Below, piece after piece: positions 25,289 through 37,749 of a DNA stretch of 64,000 nucleotides. Origin of the DNA: Felis catus (Eukaryota); contig NC_058382.1 of the NCBI RefSeq assembly GCF_018350175.1, forward strand, positions 54,314,001 to 54,378,000, given 5' to 3'. The translations under genes were made by a program, and so were the position numbers. Under the pieces are notes generated by a model. It ran no database searches and was not told the DNA's origin. It was given only the letters and a program-made list of their open reading frames with translations. Position 1 is the first letter of the stretch. Every line of letters begins with the position of its first letter.

Positions 25289-26683
25289 AACCACACCCTG
25301 TTGACTTCAGACCATGTGGTCCACCCCCTGTTGATTTTAGGCCACGTTGACCACACCCTATAGACTTCAGACCCTGTAGACAACACTCATGTGGATCTTA
25401 GAGCACGTGGACCATACCTTACTGACTTCAGACCATGTTGACCACACCTTGTAGAACATGTGGACCACACTGTGTCACTTTTCAACCATATGGACCACAC
25501 CCTATCAACTTCAGACCGCATGGACCACACCCTGTGGATTTTAAACCATATAGACCACACCCTATTCACTTCAGACCATGTGGACCACACCCTGTGGACT
25601 TCAGATCATGTGGATCACACCTTGTGGACTTTAGACCATATGGACCATACCCTGTCAATTTCAGGCCATGTGGGCCACACCCTACAGACTTCAGACCATG
25701 TGGACCACACACTGTGGATTTTAGACCACGTGCACCACACCCTGTGGATTTCAGATCATGTGGATCACATCCTGTGGACTTCAGACCATATGGACCACAC
25801 CCTGAGAATTTTAGACCATGTGAGCCACACCCTGTGGACTTCAGACTATGTTGACCACACCCTGTTGATTTTAGACTATGTGTACCACACCCTACAGACT
25901 TCAGACCATGTGGACCACACCCTGTGGATTTTAGACCATGTGGACCACACCCTACAGACTTCAGACCATGTGGACCACACCCTACAGACTTCAGACCATG
26001 TGGACCACACCCTGTGGATTTTAGACCATGTGGACCACACCCTACAGACTTCAGACCATGTGGACCACACCCTACAGACTTCGACCATGTGGACCACACC
26101 CTGTGGATTTTAGACCATCTAGACCACACCCTGTGGACTTCAGATCAGGTGGGTCACACCCTGTGGACTTCAGACCATATGAACCACACCCTGTCAATTT
26201 CAGGCCATGTGGGCCACACCCTACAGACTTCAGACCATGTGGACCACACCCTGTGGATTTTAGACCATCGAGACCACACCCTGCTGATTTTAGACCCAGT
26301 GGACTACACCCTGTGGACTTCAGATCAGGTGGGTCACACTATGTGGACTTCAGACCATATGGACCACACCTTGTCAATTTTAGACAATGTGAGCCACACC
26401 CTGTGGACTTCAGACTATGTTGACCACACCCTGTGGATTTTAGACCATGTGGACCACACCCTACAGACTTCAGACCATATGGACCACACCCTGTGGATTT
26501 CAGACCATCTAGGCCACACCCTGCTGATTTTAGACCATGTGGACCACACCCTGTGAATTTCAGACCATGTGGACCACACCCTACAGACTTCAGACCATGT
26601 GGACCACACCCTGTGGATTTTAGACCATTTAGACCACACCCTGCTGATTTTAGACCCAGTGGACCACACCATGTTGATTTTAG
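25289..26683. repeat. 30-bp minisatellite (VNTR), about 46 diverged units
   Basis: Consensus about GACCATGTGGACCACACCCT(GTG/ACA)GA(C/T)TT(C/T)A. The 30-bp period shows as 10-aa repeats in the ORF track. Confidence 0.97.
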
Positions 26684-26759
26684 AATACAGATAGCTATTA
26701 ATGAAGGAAAAGCTACAAATCCACTGTAACAAAGGAAAGAAGGTAAAGAACTTCAGCCA

Positions 26760-26895
26760 AGGAGCTTGTTAGAAATGCAAATTCTCAGGCCCCACTCCAG
26801 ACCTTGTGAATCAGACACTCAGGGCATAGGGCCAGTAATCTGCTTTAACAAGCCCTACAGGGGATTCTGGCAGAAGCTCGGGTTCAACCACTAAG
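26760..26895. mobile_element. MER5A-like hAT-Charlie remnant
   Basis: ggagcttgttagaaatgcaaattctcaggccccactccagacc...gaatcagacactc. Confidence 0.8.
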
Positions 26896-27149
26896 GTTGA
26901 GCAGCCATCTGGGTTCCAGTCATTTGCCTAGAAGTTAAGTGAACATCTATATGCTCATTGTAAATCTGGGTTCAGGTATCTGTGTCAAAGGGTTATAGGA
27001 CTGAAACACACAAGGAGCTCCTTATTAATAAGGAGACTGATACCTACTGAAGGTATCATAAATGTTGTCAGTCATGGTTTTGATGTTTTTTAATTATAGT
27101 CATCTTTATCACAATCTGTATCTCAATACAACTGCCTCTCACGTTTCAC

Positions 27150-27300
27150 TCTAGAATCACCCATGGAACTTTCTTAACATATCCATACAAAGACCACACC
27201 CTTTGCCACTGTTGACTCGGGATGTATGGGTGAGGCCAGAACAACGGTATTTCATAAAACCACACAGGTGATTTAGATGTGTGCCTCCATTTGAGAACCC
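27150..27300. mobile_element. MER5-like remnant
   Basis: tagaatcacc...caggtgatttagatgtg...tttgagaacc. Confidence 0.55.
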
Positions 27301-27718
27301 GAACTCAGAAAAGCCAACTGAAAACATTTTGAGGTTCAAAAGCTATGTCTATTATTCAGGGATGCTAAGAAGAAAACGGTTCAAGTGAACTTCAAGGGAG
27401 CCCCTAAAGGAAATTCTGACCATGCAGGTGGGGACAATCTCAGGAAAGAGAAAAAAGCAAGTGCCTGAGAGAATACAACTGGGCAAAGAGGTGAGCTTGG
27501 CTCCAGAGGGACACGAACCAATGGGGGAAGGAACAGAAGAGAACTTTGGCCAAATACAGTGGGCGACGTGGAGACCCACAGGGAGCTCATGGCTGCCAAG
27601 CTGTCAGAATCAAGACTCAGTGACTTGTCAGAATCAAGTCACTTCAGACCGAAAGGCCATTCAAGGGAGGTGGCTCTACCACGGGGAAAAGATGCTACAA
27701 TCGTAGCAAATGAAAGGA

Positions 27719-28379
27719 CATTCAAGCCTCATTATTCGCAAATTCCCTATACACGAATTTGCCTACTTACTAAAATTTGTGTCCAACCCCCAAAATCGGT
27801 ACCCAGGGGATTCAATGCTCATTCCGGGACATGCACAGAATGGGGAAAATGGGAATCATCCTACTGGCATGCTCCCAGCTGAGGTGGGAAGAGGTGAGGC
27901 TCTGCCTTTTTGTTCCAGCTCATACGGCAGGCAGGTGTCCTCCGTGGGGGTCTGTTCGTGTCACATTTTGCATTCGTGTGCTTTCTGGTGATTTTGCCGT
28001 TTAGCCCCAAGAACAGTGCTCAAGTGCTGTTTGGTGTCCGTAAGCACAGGAAGGCTGTGATGGGCCCTGTGGGGACGCCATGTGTGGTAGATGAGCTTCC
28101 TTCAGGCGGGAGCGATAGAGCGGCTGGCCGTGAGTTCAAGGCCCATAATGAATCAACAATATGTATTAAACAAAGCGTCTTCAAACACACACATGAAACG
28201 AGGAAATACATTGATAGGTTGGCAAAAGTGTGACCAGAGGCTGGAAAGAACAAAACCCTATTATTTCCCCTGGGGGAATAGTTCAATATTGGCTGATTCC
28301 ATGTTAAGGGCGACTTTATAAAGAACACAACTGCTGGGATTAGTGGGCACTGAGAATGAATGACAGTGAGAACCGACTG
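27719..28379. mobile_element. MER82-like TcMar-Tigger DNA transposon
   Basis: Ends cctcattattcgc...gagaaccgactg; internal aagaacagtgctcaagtgctg and ggccgtgagttcaa match recalled MER82 consensus; about 660 bp. Confidence 0.8.
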
Positions 28380-29079
28380 GAGCTGCTCAAAGCCACGTCC
28401 AGTAGAGACCAGGGTCGTTCTGAGCGGAAAGGGTAAAACAAAGAGTCAGAGAGAAGCGAACACCAGTCCACTTTAGAGTTTCAGAACTCTGAGCTCAGAT
28501 TATAATCTGCAGTTCCAAAATAATGCAGATTCATTCACTCAACAGAGATTTGCTGAGGCATAAAGCTGTGCTGTGTCTCAGGGATAGAGATGTGAAGATA
28601 ACCAAAAGCAAACAAACAAACAAACAAACAAACAAACAAAAAACCCTATCCTCCAAGAGCTTACACTTTCCTGGGAGACCATACAGAAGGTTTTTTTTTT
28701 TTTTAATGGAAATATATAGTACATCAAAGAGTGTTCAGAACTAGGGAAAAAAGACAAAGTAGGGAAGGGGATACAAGGTGCGAGAGGGGGTGTTGAAATG
28801 GAAATAGGGTACCCGGGAAAATCAGTGGAGAAATCAGGGATGTACATAAAAGATATGACAGTTACAAATGCTGAAAAGGACGAGACCAAAAAAAAAAAAA
28901 AAAGTCTTTAAATATGGTCCGATTTAATATGTTTTGAAAAAGAATAATGTGAAATATAGGCACTTAATAAAAATAAGCATCTAATAAAAGTAGGTAGGTA
29001 TAAAATTAATAAATAAAAATCACATACTGTCCTATATTCCAGCAACAGCTATTATAAAACATGATTTTAAACCTTCTTT

Positions 29080-29650
29080 AGGTAGCAGCCTCAGACACTG
29101 TATCAAACCTAAGAACGGCCCTAAGAAATATACATGACCTATATAAAGACAACTGCAAAACCGTTCTGAGAGATCTAAAAAGAGATTTGGAACAATGGAG
29201 CAGGGTGTCTTATTCCAGAGAGGAAGACCGAAGAGAGTAACGTATCGAAATCTCCCCAAATTAAACTTTAAGACGGATCCAATTCCAATCCCCATCCCAG
29301 CGGGAGAACCGGAAGTAAAATCTTTTACTGTGAGTAATTAAAAGAGACAAGCAGTGTCAATACTAAAATATTTATAATGAATGAAAGGGTATGTTGCCAG
29401 GACAAAAACAGATCTACAGAAAAGAAGAGAGAGTAAAAACTCGCTGATGCACATTTACGAGCAGTGAGACACCAGCATCCGTGGTCTCGGGTACCGACCA
29501 CGGGAGTCATCTCCATCAGTGGAGAAAGAGACGTGGCAAATGAATGGAGCCGTGTCAACGGGTTAGGAACCCGGAATAGGATGAATTCTGCTCCTCACAG
29601 AATATGCCTGAATTAATTCCATACTGATTATACGCCAAGCAAAAGCTAAA
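29080..29650 (+). mobile_element. Ancient L1M ORF2 3' remnant
   Basis: tctccccaaattaaactttaa...aattccaatc, atcagtggagaaag. Confidence 0.55.
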
Positions 29651-30525
29651 TTAATATTGCATAAATGAGTTCTTACAGGTCCCCCTGGTTTTCATCTCAC
29701 TGGAGAGGATGAGCAAAAGGGCAGTGTCGGTCTGGCAACCGAGAACGGTGCACGAGCTATTGCTATTATGGTTTCCCTTTGGACATCCGAGAATTAAAAT
29801 AAAAAAAAAAAAAAGCATGCTGTCTACTTTTAGTGTCCGATAGGACATTTTCATCTAAATGTGCAATAAAACAGAGTTAATTTTGTCATGGTCAGGAGAC
29901 TGTGTTGATCCCCTTGAGGAATATAAAGTGGTGGGACCAACATCACATACAGACCTTGACGGTCTTAATGAGGTTTCGAGAAGTGAGGCCATGAGGAGGC
30001 AGCCCGGATTCAGAGAGAAAAGGCTGGGGCAGATGCCAGCTGCTTTCTGGTGGAAAGACACCTGCAGGTGGGGACAGCAGGTGGGGGGGAGGGACTCTCA
30101 AGGAAACAGAGGCCCTGCCAGGAGCCGAAGTGGACTTAGCACCCACCTCGTTATTTCAGGGATGCTCTGGGGACCAACTCGCCTCTGATGACTTCTCCCA
30201 TGAAAACAAAACAAGCAACTGGAAAGGGCACCCACGGGAAAGGCCCTCCCCCAGCCACTTCCACCGTGAGAGCGTGTGGCCTGGGAGACACTGGAAGGGA
30301 GGGAGGGCGGGGAATGGACAGGGGGTGCCACTCTGCCTTGTGCCTCTTTCTGCAGAGCCCAATAAATAGGGTTCTGGTGTCATGGGTCCTCAGCGCAAAA
30401 GCTCACTGCAAGGTGTGGAACAGGCGAAGGCTGGCCAGGCTGGCCCACATCCCGCACCACATTCATCTAACATTCATCTAATCCCTGCTGGCAGAAGGTC
30501 TGTGAGTTTAAAAGTGACGGAGGTC

Positions 30526-30748
30526 GGGGTGCCTGGGTGGCACAGTCGGTTAGGCGTCCGACTTCAGCCAGGTCACGATCTCGCGGTCCGTGAGTTCGAG
30601 CCCCGCGTCGGGCTCTGGGCTGATGGCTCAGAGCCTGGAGCCTGTTTCCAATTCTGTGTCTCCCTCTCTCTCTGCCCCTCCCCCGTTCATGCTCTGTCTC
30701 TCTCTGTCCCAAAAATAAATAAACGTTGAAAAAAAAAATTTTTTTTTT
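30526..30748 (+). mobile_element. Can-SINE, very young feline subfamily
   Basis: CpG-intact body; perfect TSD aaagtgacggagg (30511-30523, 30749-30761). Confidence 0.95.
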
Positions 30749-30949
30749 AAAGTGACGGAGGAAATGACAAAAGACACAGATAATAGATTTAACTACACAA
30801 AATTGTACATACATACATACATATGTATAATATATATTAAAAAGCAAACAGGCTAAATGTTTTCAACAAATCTGACAAAGATCTTAAATCCCTAACTTAA
30901 AGAGCAAGCAAGAAAGAAGCAGCCTCTAAGAAAAGCACTTCCTACCCCA

Positions 30950-31744
30950 ATTAAAAAATAACAGGTCAGGGAAATGCTAATCAAAACTACAATGAGATAC
31001 GACCTCACACCCGTCAGAATGGCTAAAGTCCACAACACAAGAGACAACAGGTATTGGCAAGGATGCAAAGAGAAAGGAACCCTCGTGCACTGCTGGTGGG
31101 AATGCAAACTGGGGCAGCCACTCTGGAAAACAATATGAAGGGCTCCTCAAAAACTCAAAAGTAGAACTACCCTACAATCCAGTAATCACACTACTGGGTG
31201 TTTCCCCAAAGAATACAAAAATACTAATCCAAAAGGACACATGCACTCTTAGGTTTATTACAGCATTATTTACAATAGCCAAGTTATGGAAACAGCCCAA
31301 GTGTTCATCAATAGACGAATGGATAAAAAAGATATGGTATACATACACAAAGGCGTATTACTCAGCCATAAAAAAGAATTCGATCTTGCCATTTGCAACA
31401 ACATGGATGCTAAGCGAAATAAGTCCGAGAAAGACAAAGACTATATGATTTCACTCACGTGGAATTTAAGAAACAAAACAAATGAGCAAAGGGGAAAAAA
31501 AAGAGAGGAGGCAAACCAAGAAACGGACTCTTAACTACAGAGAACAAACTGATGGTTCCCAGAGGGGAGGTGGGTGAGGGGGTTAGGGGAAACAGGAGAT
31601 GGGGATTAAGAACGGTGCTTGTCCTGATGAGCACCAGGTGATGTATGCAAGGGTTGAATCACGGTACTGCACACCTGAAACTAATATTACACTGTACGTT
31701 AACTGGAATTTTTTTTTAATTTTTTTTAACATTTATTTATTTTT

Positions 31745-31775
<31 letters not shown>

Positions 31776-31960
31776 TGAACAGGGGAGGGTCAGAGAAAGA
31801 GGGAGACACAGAATCTGAAACAGGCTCCAGGCTCTGAGCTGTCAGCACAGAGCCCGACGCGGGGCTCGAACCCACGGACCGCGAGATCATGACCTGAGCC
31901 GAAGTCGGACGCTCAACCGACTGAGCCACCCAGGCACCCCTGGAATTCAAATAAAAACTC
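30950..31960 (+). mobile_element. Carnivore L1, 5'-truncated 3' end, SINE inserted near its tail
   Basis: ORF2 C-terminus and 3'UTR (ttaactacagagaacaaactgatggtt...tgatgagcaccagg...cacctgaaactaatattacactgtacgttaactggaatt...aaataaaaact). Confidence 0.9.
31709..31940 (-). mobile_element. Can-SINE, young
   Basis: Reverse head; TSD ctggaatt. Confidence 0.94.
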
Positions 31961-31974
31961 AGAAGTAATAATAG

Positions 31975-32515
31975 GGATGCTGTGGAAAACAGTCCAGCAA
32001 TTCCTCAAAAAGTTAAACACAGACATATCACATGACCCACTAACATCCAAGAGAAATGAAAACCTACCTCCACATAAAAACTTGTACCTGGATGATAGGC
32101 AAAGAGTGAAAGCATCCAGATGTCCACCAGTGGGTGAACGTATAAACCCACCGTGTCCATGTGGCATCTATACACAGTGGAATATTAATCAGCAACAAAA
32201 AGGAATAAAGGATTGATGCACTCTACAAGATGGATAAACCTTGAAAACACTGCTAAGTGAGAAAAGCCAGACAGAAGGACCACACAGTATGTGATTCCGT
32301 TTATAGGAAATGTCCAGAACAGGCAAATCCATAGGGGTTGCCTACAGCTGGAGGCTGGGGCAGGGGGCAGTATACAGAATAACAACTCATAGGTATGGGT
32401 TTTTACGGAGGGAAGATGGTTGCACAGCTCTGTAAATATGCTAAAATCCATTGAATTGCATACTTTAAGGAGTCAATTGTACGTTATGTGAGTCGTATCG
32501 TAATACAACTGTTAC
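31975..32515 (+). mobile_element. L1MB-like 3' end remnant
   Basis: tggataaaccttgaaaacactgctaagtgagaaaagccagac...aaatgtccagaacaggcaaatccata. Confidence 0.8.
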
Positions 32516-32636
32516 TGGCAAAAGACAAGGAAAGGAAATTCGCAAGGGACGACCTGCAAATGGCCAATGAGACACAGAGGGGAAAGTTTAACCTCTACTA
32601 TCAAAGAATAAATTTAAAGTGAAAATCCAGAAGCAA

Positions 32637-32878
32637 TTGGGTGGCTCAGTCGATTAAGCGTCCAACTTTTAGATTTCGGCTCAGGTCATGATATTATGGC
32701 TCATGGGATCGAGCCCCATGTCCAGCACCACACTGACAGCACAGAGCCTGCTTGGGGTTCTCTCTCTCTCTCCCCCTCTCTCTGCCCCTTCTCCTCACTT
32801 GCGCTTGTGCTCACTCGCTCTCGCTCTCTCTCTCTCCTTCCCTCCTTCAACATAAATAAATAAACTTATTTTAAAAAT
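32637..32878 (+). mobile_element. Can-SINE
   Basis: Head partly eroded; TSD aaagtgaaaatcc. Confidence 0.9.
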
Positions 32879-33084
32879 TAAAGTGAAAATCCTAAATAAA
32901 GTGAAAGTCCATTTTTCAACTATAAATTTACTGATGGCTTTTTAATAGTAATAGTGTCAGTCAGTGTTTAATTAAAAACAGCATTCTCCAATTGGTAACG
33001 AAGGCGTAAACCGGTATAAGCTTTCCAGAAGAAAAAAAAAGGATAGTAATCAGTATCAAAGCTTTTAAAAAATAACACAACCCA

Positions 33085-33600
33085 GTAAGGTAGGGACTAC
33101 TCTCACTTAACCTCTTTTACAAATGGGAAAATTGGGGTTTTAACAGGTCTAGAAATGGTCCAAAGTAACACAACTAGTAACTCAGGGAGCTGACTCCATG
33201 TACATCGCACATCTGACTGCAGATTCTGAGCTCCAGAACATGAGGCAAAACTGCCTCCCCAGACAGAAGTATAAAAGCAACACCACAAAACAGAGATCAA
33301 TGGGGAAAAATGGAAGAAGTACCAGTCACACAATCTTTGCAGGCGTCTATCACAATAAAACATTCACAAAGTGCTTAATACACATCAGGCACTGTTTATA
33401 TACAGAGATTTATATACTAACCCACTTAACGCCCCATGACTACCCTACGAAGCCGGCTATTACTCCCTATTACGACTTCCATCTTGCAGGTGAGCGAACT
33501 AAGGCACAGACTGGTTTAGAAAATCTTCCAACGGTTACGTCGCTACTTAGTGGCAGGGCTGGGTTCTGAATCTAAGCATGTGCTCCCAGAACCTGTACAC
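33085..33600 (-). mobile_element. Two MIR remnants
   Basis: ttttacaaatgggaaaattgggg; ttgcaggtgagcgaactaaggcacaga...agtggcagggctgggttctgaatc. Confidence 0.6.
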
Positions 33601-34469
33601 TCCCCCCCATACACCATACTGCCTTTTTTACAGTCTCCCAAAAGGCAGGGAAATAGAAGACCATCAGCCTCCAGCAGGATAGAACTTTGACTCAACCATA
33701 TAACAAATCCATAGACGGATCTTTCCTTTCGTTCCCCAAATGCCAAACTATATCAAGGAATACCTCAACTGTGTTTCTGCAGAGCACTTTTCAAAGAACT
33801 CTCTGAGCGGATTTTCCTTTGAGGAGACTAAATATACCACGCTGCATTTCTCAGGGAAGGAAAGCTGTATTTGTGACTTCCAACAGGGGTTTCATGCAAC
33901 GGGGAAAATACCCGCCGCCCTTGATGCTGGCACAGGGTTTTCATCGCATTCAGATTCCACTATTCAACGGCATTTACAGAAAATGGGCCATCTAAATGAA
34001 AAACCATCAGGTGGTCATAACATCTGAACACGTGATGGCAGATAATTTTGTTTCCAATCATTTCTTTCTTGCCCGAGGCATCCGCAAAGACTTCAAATCA
34101 CGAACACGGTAGATGAGGCGTGAGCAGCAGAGGTGGCCAAGGCCACTCTTACGCACTCAGTAGAAGCTCTGCTCTGTCTACACAGTCATAGGACGCTAGA
34201 GAACGAGACGCTGGCCGGCACCAAAGAATTCATCCCGCCAGTATTTACCGAGCACCTACTCTGTGTCAGGCACTGGAGGATCTGGAGCTCTCTTAAAAGG
34301 TGGGAAAGGAGATAGAGTTAAAGTTGTCACCAAATGGCACCATGTTCCTTGTGGAGCATCACTGGTCATCCCTCTCCTCGCTGCTCTTGCTACTGATCCC
34401 AAAGGCAACGCCTCAAGAAGCTCTCAGCTGCACTACCTGGTGTCCATTCTTCCAGGACTCTTACTCGAA

Positions 34470-34660
34470 GCACAAGAGCCTGAGTTCAAACCCTGACTCC
34501 CCCATCGACTAGCTCTGTAACTTACTTCTACAGCCTCTTAGTGACTCAGCTTTCACGTCTGTAAAAAAGGGGCCTGAGGATTAAAAGACATGATGCAAAT
34601 AAAGCACACTTTAGATGAGCAACTGGCATAAGAGTATTCATACACGCTAGCTGTTGTTAC
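34470..34660 (+). mobile_element. MIR remnant
   Basis: cctgagttcaaaccctgactcc...ctcagctttcacgtctgtaaaa. Confidence 0.6.
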
Positions 34661-36355
34661 TAACACAATTCTATTACGCATAAAGCCTATACCCTCAAAA
34701 GCATTGTTCTAACCACCATCCCCCTACTTTAAGACCTTCAAGGGCTCCCTGTTACCTATGAATCAAGACCAAACTTCCTAACGTGAAATTTGACAGCCTA
34801 CATCCAGCAGGCACCAAACGTTCATTACACTATCACCCCCCACAACTCCAACCATGTGCTTCAGCCATGCCTAGAGCCCATGGCTCCACATTTCATGAGT
34901 AAATGGAAGAAATGGAAGGGTTTCAAGTACTAAAGGTCACGTGTATTCAGGTATATGGTCACATTCAAATCAGCTGTGATTTATTAAGTCGTTGTGTGAT
35001 CGAGATGATGGATCAAAAAGCCACAGAACTAGAAAAACATTAGCCCAAGCATAAGCTGACGGAGGTAAGGGTGGAGGCCAACATTTATTGAGCACTTATT
35101 AGGTGCAAGTAACTATACTGAAACTTAACAAGCATTGCCTCAACTAATTCTTTTAGTCTAAAAGGTAGATGCCATTATCATCCCTTAGTATTGGCATGCT
35201 AGGCAAAATAACAGTCACTGTGTGGCTGGCCCCTAATGAGGAAAGCCTCGTTAGTTAGAGAAGGGACCCTGTGCCTGCTGATATGAGGCTGTCACCATGA
35301 ACACAGAGAAGGAATCCTTCAGCACAGATTAGAAACTTCTGGTATGTGAACACTCTGGCTACAGTTCTTTCTACTAATATGGCAAAGCAAAAGTGCAAGA
35401 AGTATAAACTCCTCCTGGCTCCCTTCACGTCAGCGTGAAAACTCTGAACACAGACCACGACTTTTGCTGGCAGAATCTCAGCTAAACTCCTGACACTGGA
35501 CAAATAAACATATATAAGGGCACTGGAAAAAAAAATACAAACATATTTGCATAGATGAAAGTAGGAAGACTAAACTGACAAATGAGATTGACCATTTCCC
35601 AGTACAACAGTAATGAGAAACGTTCGCAAGCCTCTACACAGTATATATTGTGTATTCTCGATGATATTGAAAATATGATACCTATGACAGGCAAAGAAGG
35701 GTTTAAGAATAAATTAAGTACAACAGGATTAAATGAAATATAGGCTTCTGTGCTGTTTATGCTATAAAGAACCAGGTTTTATGCAAATGATGGAACTATT
35801 TTACAAAACAAATGGGGCCAGTCAGCAATAGTCACTGCAAAAAATCATAATAGTGAATTAGAAGATGGGCTAAAAATTTCTCCGAGAATTAAAGAGGAAA
35901 AAAAATGATAAGCAAAATTATAAAAAACAAAAAACAAAAAACATACTGAGGGTATATCCAGGAAAACTACAACATATGAATCAATGTAAAACAATTTAAG
36001 GAAGAAAGTAATACCCAATGACAAAATTCTGAAGGACTTCACAGATGAAAAGACCAGGTAATAACCCATATTAATGAAAGCTTCATTTTAGATATATACT
36101 TCTAAAATTTCTTAATTTAAAAGACAAAAGAACAAATCTTAGAAGAACCAGAAAGAAAGGTTATTAATTTTTTAATCATGTTAGCATCAGACTTCTCCTC
36201 CACATCATGGTTTTCAAAGAAACAAACATGCAACAAAGTCTTCACAACCAGTGAAACTAAATATTGTTCATGCGGAAGGACAAAAAAAACCATACTTTCC
36301 ATCTGCACATCTGTAAGAGCGCATAAAACTACATTACCCATACACATGCTCCTCC

Positions 36356-36443
36356 TATATATGTATGTGTGCGTGTGTGTATATATACATATGTATTATA
36401 TACATATATATATAATGTATATAATACATATATATGTATATAT
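36356..36443. repeat. (TA)n/(TG)n low-complexity tract
   Basis: Direct reading. Confidence 0.85.
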
Positions 36444-36689
36444 AACACCACCGACTGTTGATTATTCCAACAAAACTGCTTAAAAAGCAGATAACCACTA
36501 AAAATTCTATTTCATTCTTGACAAAGAATGAACAGCAGAACAAAACAGCAGAACAAAAGAATTTAAAACTACTTTCCCTATTTGTAACTTTGCTCCTTTT
36601 GAGTTTTGTACCATGAGGATATTTTACCTAAACAAAAATGAATACAATTTTTTAAATAAGTAAATGAATGCATTAAAAATATTTAGAAA

Positions 36690-37510
36690 GAAATCTAAGA
36701 ATCTAGGCATCTCCAACATTTCATCTGAAATTATTTCCTGAGGAACACTCTTTATTATTTCCTTTAGTGAGAAGCTGGTAATAACAAATTATCTTCATTC
36801 TTATTCAACTAAAAAATCTTTGTTTTACATACATTTTTCCTGGATTTTTCTATTGAGTAGCAAATTCTCAGGTTGCAATGATTTTTCTTCAGTGTATTAA
36901 AGATGCCATTCCATTGTCTTCTGGCTGGCATGGTGTTTATGGGGATACTTGAATTTATGGAGTTGACATTTTTCATTGATTTAGGGGAATGCCTAGCCCT
37001 TCTCCCTTCCTGCTTTTCCTCTTCCTTCTGGCATTCCATCTGAATGCACATTAAACCTTTTCACGGTGTCTTCTTTGTTAATCATTTTTTCCTCTTTCAT
37101 TTTTGTGATATTCCAAATCACCTTCCAGTTCACTATTTAATCATTTGTGTCCAGTATGTCTTAAATTCTTCCCCCGAGACCTTAATTTGGGGTATTGTAT
37201 ATTTTGGTTCTAGAAAGCTGTTCTTTCTCAGTTTCCATATATTTGTTGAAATTTTTAGTGTGGTCTTTCAGCTCCTTGAACATATGAAGGATAGTTACTT
37301 TAAAATCTTTGTCTGACATTTCAACATCTCGAACCCCTGTACATCTGCTTGTACAGTCTGGTATTTCTGCCAGTTCTCACGACTAATGTTGTCTTCTCTC
37401 CTCTTGTGCCTGTTTACCTATAACTGTGTTCTTGGAATTGTATTTGGAAAAAAAATTTGTAGAACTAAACTGAGGCCTGGAATGATTTTATTTTCTCTAG
37501 AATGGAGATG
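36690..37510 (-). mobile_element. Old L1M 5'/ORF1 remnant, reverse orientation
   Basis: T-rich; ttttcttcagtgtattaaagatgccattccattgtcttctggct. Confidence 0.65.
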
Positions 37511-37749
37511 GAAGAAGGGCATCAGCTGTGATGAAGATGATTTTGAATTGCCATACAGTTGTACAAGGACCTCATTTTTTCCCATTTGTTCTCAAAAACA
37601 AAACTAAACTAAACTAAACTAACCTCTCTTAAGGTCCACAAGCTTTCTTTGCATTGGTTATAGCCCTCCCTAAATAAGTCAGGTTAGGAACACAATAGCA
37701 TCTAAGGCAAAAAAGGACATATTGGAACATTAAGATTTCTAAGACTTCT

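Noticed and set aside
25289..26683. CRISPR-like array
   Set aside because: Units are contiguous with no unique spacers, there are no cas genes, and the context is a mammalian intron. It is a minisatellite.
25435..26732. Long His/Asp-rich and Cys/Gly-rich repeat ORFs (DHVDHTLWTS, GCGPHGLKST)
   Set aside because: Open in several frames on both strands because the 30-bp unit lacks stops; the longest have non-ATG starts, a 1-nt deletion shifts frame, and no splice or promoter support was seen.
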